From Alphaproteobacteria bacterium (GTDB lineage Bacteria > Pseudomonadota > Alphaproteobacteria > MPNO01): a stretch of DNA of 64,000 nucleotides. The notes below the pieces were generated by a model. The model was not told the origin of the DNA. It ran no database searches and saw only the letters and a program-made list of their open reading frames with translations. The translations under genes were made by a program, and so were the position numbers. Position 1 is the stretch's first letter, and each line of letters starts with the position of its first letter. Shown piece by piece: positions 54,351-64,000 of the stretch. The DNA is taken from positions 4,690,487-4,754,486 of the forward strand of contig CBDDOM010000002.1 in assembly GCA_965231875.1 (NCBI GenBank), read 5' to 3'.

Positions 54351-54413
54351 GCCCACGCGCCGGGCGACGGGTCGATGCAGGACCCGGGCGGCGAACCGCG
54401 AAGGAGTAGCGTG

Positions 54414-56174
<1,761 letters not shown>

Positions 56175-56184
56175 TGGACGGGGT

Positions 56185-56694
56185 TTGGCGGTGAGCGACA
56201 CCGAACGGCATACGATCTCGGTCCTGGTCGACAACGAGGCGGGCGTTCTCGCCCGCGTGATCGGCCTTTTTTCGGGGCGCGGCTACAATATCGAGAGCCT
56301 GACCGTGGCCGAGGTGGACGCCGCGAACGCGCTGTCGCGGATCACCGTGGTGACCACCGGAACGCCGATGATCATCGAGCAGATCAAGGCCCAGCTGGAC
56401 CGGCTGGTGCCGGTCCACAAGGTGGTGGACCTGACCAACGAGGGACCCTATGTCGAGCGCGAGCTGGCGCTGGTGAAGGTCAAGGCGAGCGGCAACCGGC
56501 GGGTGGAATCGCTCCGCATCGCCGACATTTTCAGGGCGCGCGCGATCGACAGCACGGGCGGGTCGTTCGTCTTCGAGATTTCCGGATCGACCGAGAAGCT
56601 CGACGCTTTCATCGGCCTGATGGAGCCGCTCGGCCTGGTCGACGTATCGCGCACCGGGGTCGCCGCGATCGCGCGCGGAATGTCGGCGATTTAG
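56185..56694 (+). CDS. ilvN: acetolactate synthase small (regulatory) subunit
   Basis: 169 aa. N-terminal ACT domain (HTISVLVDNEAGVLARVIGLFSGRGYNIESL). Non-ATG start (TTG or GTG). Confidence 0.9.
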   Translation: MAVSDTERHTISVLVDNEAGVLARVIGLFSGRGYNIESLTVAEVDAANALSRITVVTTGTPMIIEQIKAQLDRLVPVHKVVDLTNEGPYVERELALVKVKASGNRRVESLRIADIFRARAIDSTGGSFVFEISGSTEKLDAFIGLMEPLGLVDVSRTGVAAIARGMSAI

Positions 56695-56718
56695 GGCAAT
56701 ATGCCTTACGGTGCGCCG

Positions 56719-56810
56719 CCCTTCGATACGCGGCTGCGCCGCTACTCAGGGTGAGGGAGCCGGACGTTAGTCCCTCATCCCGAGTAGGCGCGCCAGCGCC
56801 GTATCGAGGG
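56719..56810. repeat. palindromic repeat, family 3 (copy 2)
   Basis: CCCTTCGATACGCGGCTGCGCCGCTACTCAGGGTGAGGGAG...CTCCCTCATCCCGAGTAGGCGCGCCAGCGCCGTATCGAGGG. It ends 5 nt before the parE stop, at the convergent ilvN/parE junction. Confidence 0.6.
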
Positions 56811-56815
56811 ACGCG

Positions 56816-57124
56816 CTATAGATCCTCCCGGAGCCGGCCGATCTGGTGCATGCGCTCGTGCAGCACGGTGACGATGCCGATGTCTCCGTTGCCCAGCCGT
56901 TTCCAGTAGACGAAATGCCTCTCGTACCGGAAGACGTAGCCGTCAACCTCGAACTGGGCCGGAATCGGACGCGAGACTACCTCTCCCGTTGCGATCCCCT
57001 CGAAGGCCTCGAACAGGCCGGTGACGTACGCATCCGCCCGCGCTTCTCCCCAACGCTCCAGCGAGTACCGGTAGATCTCGTCAATACGGAGAGCGGCCGC
57101 TTCCTGTACGCGGACCGACGTCAT
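56816..57124 (-). CDS. parE: ParE/RelE-family type II toxin
   Basis: 103 aa. ParE-like hydrophobic/aromatic pattern (YRYSLERWGEARADAY...YVFRYERHFVYW). ATGA overlap with the upstream antitoxin. Confidence 0.75.
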   Translation of the reverse strand: MTSVRVQEAAALRIDEIYRYSLERWGEARADAYVTGLFEAFEGIATGEVVSRPIPAQFEVDGYVFRYERHFVYWKRLGNGDIGIVTVLHERMHQIGRLREDL

Positions 57125-57387
57125 GGGTCGGCGCGCGTCGCGTTCCTCGCAATGACGTCCGATGCCGATAGCGGACGATACGAGGCGTCCGGCGCAGCGA
57201 AGGCGCGTTCCAGCTCGGCCTTCAGGCGCTCGAACGCCTCGGTCTCCGAACGCTCCTTGTCGCGACGGATCAGATCGCGAATGTACTCGCTGACGTTTTC
57301 GTAGGAGCCGTTCTCGCCGACATTGGCCGACACGAAATCGCTGAGCGCGCCGCTGAGGCGAACCGTCATCGTCGTGGTGCGGCGCAT
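57121..57387 (-). CDS. parD: ParD-type (COG3609) type II antitoxin
   Basis: 88 aa. RHH-like N-terminus (MTVRLSGALSDFVSANVGENGSYENVSEYIRDLIRRDKE), paralogous to the antitoxin at 38926. Confidence 0.7.
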   Translation of the reverse strand: MRRTTTMTVRLSGALSDFVSANVGENGSYENVSEYIRDLIRRDKERSETEAFERLKAELERAFAAPDASYRPLSASDVIARNATRADP

Positions 57388-57543
57388 CGGCCGGTCTCCC
57401 GCAAACAATGCGTACAATATAAACAATATCGAATACAGCAGGCAAGCAGCGGAGCGGCGGCGCTCCGGTTGACCGAAGGCTTGCGGCGCTGGTACAGGTG
57501 GCGGAGAAAACGAGCGCCACGGGGGGATGCGAAGCGTCCCTGA

Positions 57544-58593
<1,050 letters not shown>

Positions 58594-58959
58594 AATCCGG
58601 TGGCGCGCAGCGACATGCCGCGACATATGGATTGAGTAGTTGAGAAAGTCGGCGTAAAGGTGGATTATTAAAGGCTCACGAGACCGCCGGGGCACGCGAA
58701 TCGGTGTCCGCGGCGGGAGCCGTGCGAAGAGGATAGTGGCGCGACGATGCAGCCGGCAATCGGATCGAACCGGAAGATCGCCAGGGCGGCGTCCCTGCGG
58801 GGGCCGCGGCACGGCCTCGCGCGCGTCCACGCCCGCGTCGCGTCGACGGCCGGCGAGGTTGGGCGACTTAGCAGCCCCTGAACGGCGATCGCCGCGAACG
58901 GCACGCCGGGCAGGGGACTTCATAGCCAAGTCCGAGAACCGCGTCACAGGAGCTGCGGG

Positions 58960-60513
58960 ATGAGCCTGAATTCCGAACCCAACCGCGTCATAATCTTCGA
59001 CACAACGCTGCGCGACGGCGAGCAGTCGCCGGGCGCCTCGATGAACCTCGACGAGAAGCTGCGCATCTCCGAGTTCCTCGCCGAGCTCGGCGTCGACGTG
59101 ATCGAAGCCGGCTTCCCGATCGCCTCGAACGGCGATTTCGAGGCGGTGCAGGAAGTCTCGAAACTGGTCAAGGGGCCGATCATCTGCGGCCTCGCCCGCT
59201 CCGGCCGGCCCGATATCGAACGCGCGGCGGAAGCGCTGAAGCCGGCCGAGCGGCGGCGCATCCACACCTTCATCGCGACCAGCCCGCTGCACATGAAGTT
59301 CAAGCTCCAGATGGAGCCCGAAGACGTTTACGCGGCGGTCATCGACAGCGTGACCCACGCACGCCGGTTCACCGACGACGTGGACTGGTCGCCCGAGGAC
59401 GGCTCGCGCACGGAAGCCGACTTCCTGTGCCGCTGCGTCGAGGCGGCGATCCGGGCGGGCGCCACCTGCATCAACCTGCCGGACACGGTGGGCTACGCGC
59501 TGCCCGAGGAGTTCGGCGGCCTCATCCGGATGCTGCGCGAACGCGTACCGAACAGCGACAAGGCGATCTTCTCCGCCCATTGCCACAACGATCTCGGGCT
59601 TGCCGTCGCCAACTCGCTGGCCGCGGTCGAGGCGGGCGCCCGCCAGGTCGAGTGCACCGTCAACGGGCTCGGCGAGCGCGCCGGCAACGCGGCGCTGGAA
59701 GAGATCGTCATGGCGCTCAGGACGCGCCACGACCGGATGCCCTACTCCACCGGCATCGACACCGCCGTGATCACCCGGATTTCCAAGTTGGTCTCGACCA
59801 TCACCGGCTTCACGGTCCAGCCCAACAAGGCGATCGTCGGCGCCAACGCTTTCGCGCACGAGGCCGGCATTCACCAGGACGGAGTGCTCAAGCACGCCGG
59901 GACCTACGAGATCATGACGCCCGAATCGGTCGGTCTGGCGCGCTCGACCCTGGTCATGGGCAAGCACTCGGGACGCCACGCCTTCCGCGAGAAGATCAGG
60001 GAGCTCGGCTACAATCTCGGCGAGAACGCGATACAGGACGCGTTCCGGCGCTTCAAGGATCTCGCCGACAAGAAGAAGGACATCTTCGACGAGGATATCG
60101 AGGCCCTGGTCGACGACGCGGTGATCCGGCGCAACGACAGGATCCGCTTCGTATCGCTCCAGGTGATCTGCGGCTCGGTCGGACCCCAGACCGCGACGCT
60201 CGAACTCGACATCGACGGCGACCGCAGCGGGACCGAGGCGACGGGCGACGGCCCGGTCGATGCGACATTCAACGCGATCAAGGGGCTGTTCCCCCATACC
60301 GCCCAGCTGAAGCTCTACCAGGTGCATGCGGTGACGGAGGGCACCGACGCGCAGGCGGAGGTCACCGTCAGGCTGGAGGAGGACGGAAAGACGGTAAACG
60401 GCCAGGGAGCCGACACGGACACGCTCGTCGCGTCGGCACGCGCCTATGTCAATGCGCTGAACAAGCTGCTGGTCAAGCGGGAAAAGACCGCGCCCCAGGC
60501 ACTTATCGCCTGA
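58960..60513 (+). CDS. leuA: 2-isopropylmalate synthase
   Basis: 517 aa. TIM-barrel HMGL-like domain ([16 protein letters not shown]) and a C-terminal LeuA dimerisation/regulatory domain. Confidence 0.93.
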   Translation: MSLNSEPNRVIIFDTTLRDGEQSPGASMNLDEKLRISEFLAELGVDVIEAGFPIASNGDFEAVQEVSKLVKGPIICGLARSGRPDIERAAEALKPAERRRIHTFIATSPLHMKFKLQMEPEDVYAAVIDSVTHARRFTDDVDWSPEDGSRTEADFLCRCVEAAIRAGATCINLPDTVGYALPEEFGGLIRMLRERVPNSDKAIFSAHCHNDLGLAVANSLAAVEAGARQVECTVNGLGERAGNAALEEIVMALRTRHDRMPYSTGIDTAVITRISKLVSTITGFTVQPNKAIVGANAFAHEAGIHQDGVLKHAGTYEIMTPESVGLARSTLVMGKHSGRHAFREKIRELGYNLGENAIQDAFRRFKDLADKKKDIFDEDIEALVDDAVIRRNDRIRFVSLQVICGSVGPQTATLELDIDGDRSGTEATGDGPVDATFNAIKGLFPHTAQLKLYQVHAVTEGTDAQAEVTVRLEEDGKTVNGQGADTDTLVASARAYVNALNKLLVKREKTAPQALIA

Positions 60514-60566
60514 TGGAACGGCGCGCGATCGCGGCGGGCGGCGGCGCTCAACGAGGTATCGAATAG

Positions 60567-61613
<1,047 letters not shown>

Positions 61614-61704
61614 GGCGAATCCGGAAACCCCTGTATTGATTGAAAGACGGGGAAGCGCACCGCTCGAACTCGGGAGCCGAACAGCATAAGGGAGCTTCGC
61701 GTCG

Positions 61705-62583
61705 GTGAAGTACCGGCCGGGATCCATCGTCCGCCTGGCGGTCCCCTCCGGATCGTTCAGCCAGCGTGTCGTGCTCGCCACGCTGATCATGGCGGCGTTC
61801 GGCATCACGCTGCTGGGCAAGGCGGAGACGGCTCTTTACGAGAGGCTGCGCGCGGGCGTGGTCGACTTCGTCGCCCCCATCATGAACGTCATGGCGCGTC
61901 CGGCGGCTACGGTGGCGGACGCCATCGAAGGCATCAACGAGCTGGGCCGGCTGCGCGAGGAAAACGCGAAGCTCCGCGCCCAGAACGAGCGGCTGCTTCG
62001 CTGGCAGGCGGCCGGGCTGAAGCTCACGGGGGAAAACGACCGCCTGCGCGGACTGCTCCGCTTCGTGCCCGAGACCGGGATCGATTTCGTCACCGCCCGC
62101 GTGGTCGGCGATTCCGGGGGCGTGTTCGTGCGTTCGATCGTCGTGGTGGCCGGCGCGCGGGACGGAGTCGCCAAGGGTCAGGCCGCGATGACCGGGGACG
62201 GGCTGGCCGGACGCGTGGTTTCGGTCGGTTCCCGGTCCGCCCGCATCCTCTTGGTCACCGATCTCAACTCGCGGATCCCGGTCATCTTCGCGGAGTCGCG
62301 CGAGCGCGCGATCCTCGCCGGCGACAACACCGCCGCGCTCAAGATCTCGTTCCTGCGCCACGGCGCGCGGGTCAATACAGGCGACCGGATCGTGACGTCG
62401 GGACATGGCGGGGTACTCCCGCCGGGGCTGCCCATCGGGATCGTATCCAGCGTCGCGGGCGAAGAAATCCACGTCCGGCCCTTCGCGTCGCTCGACCGGC
62501 TCGAATTCGTCCGCGTAATCGTCTATCCCGACACGGTCTTGGGCTCGCTCGAGGGATCCGCCCGCGGCGGGACCGGGCGGTGA
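61705..62583 (+). CDS. mreC: rod shape-determining protein MreC
   Basis: 292 aa. GTG start, N-terminal transmembrane segment plus coiled coil, and a C-terminal beta domain. Confidence 0.85.
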   Translation: MKYRPGSIVRLAVPSGSFSQRVVLATLIMAAFGITLLGKAETALYERLRAGVVDFVAPIMNVMARPAATVADAIEGINELGRLREENAKLRAQNERLLRWQAAGLKLTGENDRLRGLLRFVPETGIDFVTARVVGDSGGVFVRSIVVVAGARDGVAKGQAAMTGDGLAGRVVSVGSRSARILLVTDLNSRIPVIFAESRERAILAGDNTAALKISFLRHGARVNTGDRIVTSGHGGVLPPGLPIGIVSSVAGEEIHVRPFASLDRLEFVRVIVYPDTVLGSLEGSARGGTGR

Positions 62584-63092
62584 GCGGACTGCGCAGGCGG
62601 CTCGACGGGCTCGCGACCGACCTCACGCCGTTCATCGTCTCGCTGGTGTTGATCATGTTCTCGGCGATGCCGATCAACGTGTCGTCGATCGGGTCGGTCG
62701 CCCCCAATCTCGGCCTGATCGCGGTGTTCTACTGGACGATTTACCGGCCCGATCTCATGCCAGCCATCGCCGTCCTGCCGCTCGGCCTCTGGCAGGACCT
62801 GATGAACGCGGGACCGATCGGGCTGAACGCGCTGACGCTGCTGATCGTCTACGGCGCGATCGTCTTCCAGCGCGTCTTCTTCCGCGGCAAGTCCTTCCTC
62901 GTCGTCTGGTGGGCTTTCGGTCTGACGGCGGCATTCGCCGCGGTCGTGTTCTGGCTCGCGGTCATGGCCTGGCACCTGCGATACGTCGATCCGGGGCCGC
63001 TGACGTTACAGTTCGGGCTGACTCTCGCGGTCTTCCCGTTTCTCTACTGGGTGCTGTTGCGGATACACCGTTCCCTCACCCGCCGCGCATAG
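62580..63092 (+). CDS. mreD: rod shape-determining protein MreD
   Basis: 170 aa. Polytopic membrane protein. The GTG start overlaps the mreC stop (GTGA). Confidence 0.8.
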   Translation: MSGLRRRLDGLATDLTPFIVSLVLIMFSAMPINVSSIGSVAPNLGLIAVFYWTIYRPDLMPAIAVLPLGLWQDLMNAGPIGLNALTLLIVYGAIVFQRVFFRGKSFLVVWWAFGLTAAFAAVVFWLAVMAWHLRYVDPGPLTLQFGLTLAVFPFLYWVLLRIHRSLTRRA

Positions 63093-63162
63093 CCCGGAGG
63101 GCGGGAACCCCGACGCGACGCAAGCCGTGACCGCGGCGGGACTTCCGCGCTAGGATCGGCCG

Positions 63163-64000
63163 ATGTACCGGGACAACGAACGGCAAAGGCTCTTCACCCG
63201 CCGGGCGGCGGTTCTCGGCGGCGTTCAGCTCGCCGGCGCCGCGTTGCTGGCGGGCCGGATGTATCAGATCCAGGTGGTCGAATCCGACCGCTACAAGATG
63301 CTGGCGGAAGACAACCGGATCAACATGCGCCTGGTCGCGCCGGCGCGGGGCCGCATCCTCGACCGGTTCTCGTCCCCGCTCGCGGTCAACCGCGAGAGCT
63401 ATCGCGTCCTGCTGATCGCGGAACAAACGAGAGATGTCGACCGGACGCTCGACATGCTGGACCGGGTGATCGGGCTCACCGAGGCGGAACGGGCGCGCGT
63501 GCTGCGCGAAGTCAAGCGGCGGCGCGGCTTCGTCCCCGTGACGGTGCGCGAGGGTCTGGACTGGCGTGAGGTCGCGAAGATCGAGGTCAACGCCCCGGAC
63601 CTGCCCGGCATCGCCATCGACGCGGACCTGGTGCGCGACTATCCCCATTCGATGAAGTCGGTCCACGTGCTGGGCTATGTCGCGGCGGTCTCGGAAGCCG
63701 AGTTCGGCGACGATCCGCTGCTTCAACTGCCCGGATTTCGCATCGGCAAGGCCGGGATCGAGAAGACCCGCGACCTCGCGCTCCGCGGCAAGGCGGGCGC
63801 GAGTCAGGTGGAGGTCAACGCGCTGGGGCGGGTCATCCGGGAAGTCGGCAGGGTGGAGGGAGAGCCGGGGAACGATGTCCACCTCACGCTCGACATCGCG
63901 CTCCAGGCTTTCGCCCAGGACCGGCTCGCCGGGCACCAGAGCGCATCGGCGGTGCTGGTGGGGGTGGAGACCGGCGAAGTGCTCGCCATGGCGTCGACGC
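63163..64000 (+). CDS. mrdA: penicillin-binding protein 2 (MrdA), 3'-truncated by the window edge
   Basis: ATG at 63163, and the frame stays open to the window end. The PBP dimer domain pattern follows mreD. Confidence 0.85.
   Translation, partial: MYRDNERQRLFTRRAAVLGGVQLAGAALLAGRMYQIQVVESDRYKMLAEDNRINMRLVAPARGRILDRFSSPLAVNRESYRVLLIAEQTRDVDRTLDMLDRVIGLTEAERARVLREVKRRRGFVPVTVREGLDWREVAKIEVNAPDLPGIAIDADLVRDYPHSMKSVHVLGYVAAVSEAEFGDDPLLQLPGFRIGKAGIEKTRDLALRGKAGASQVEVNALGRVIREVGRVEGEPGNDVHLTLDIALQAFAQDRLAGHQSASAVLVGVETGEVLAMAST

Overview
This is a high-GC (about 67%) alphaproteobacterial chromosomal window, plausibly Rhodospirillales-like, that is mostly conserved core genome with several small accessory insertions.

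Core genes, in order:
- pepP, convergent with ligA-recN-bamD-lpxC on the minus strand.
- A complete 16-gene dcw cluster on the minus strand, ftsZ back to mraZ, with 4-bp ATGA/GTGA start/stop overlaps at most junctions.
- A Tat-exported PaoABC/Xdh-family molybdo-flavo-FeS oxidoreductase operon with its own cytochrome b subunit.
- rnpB (RNase P RNA), found by its conserved motifs and missing from the ORF track.
- ampD.
- A sugar-type ABC transporter.
- djlA-like.
- apbC, hflKC-DUF2065-degP, miaA, ilvBN, ilvC, leuA, mreBCD and a partial mrdA.

Many ORF-track entries are over-extended at the N-terminus or are antisense artefacts of the GC content. The true starts given here were recovered from junction overlaps with neighbouring genes.

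The most interesting content is a repeat-dense accessory stretch at about 38.9-47.4 kb. It holds an orphan ParD antitoxin, a DUF1445/FAD-oxidase pair, a DUF4169 protein, a Rieske oxygenase, a P450, an XRE regulator and an MBL hydrolase. It is punctuated by four families of palindromic mosaic intergenic repeats that resemble RIME/BIME elements. Two copies of family 2 sit in inverted orientation around a 4.6-kb block.

Other points of note:
- Two intact toxin-antitoxin pairs (MNT/HepT and ParDE) are inserted into otherwise conserved synteny.
- A GcrA-like protein consists of the C-terminal domain only.
- A putative MraZ operator of three TGGGN repeats at 10-bp phase lies upstream of mraZ.

No CRISPR array, transposase, integrase or tRNA was seen.
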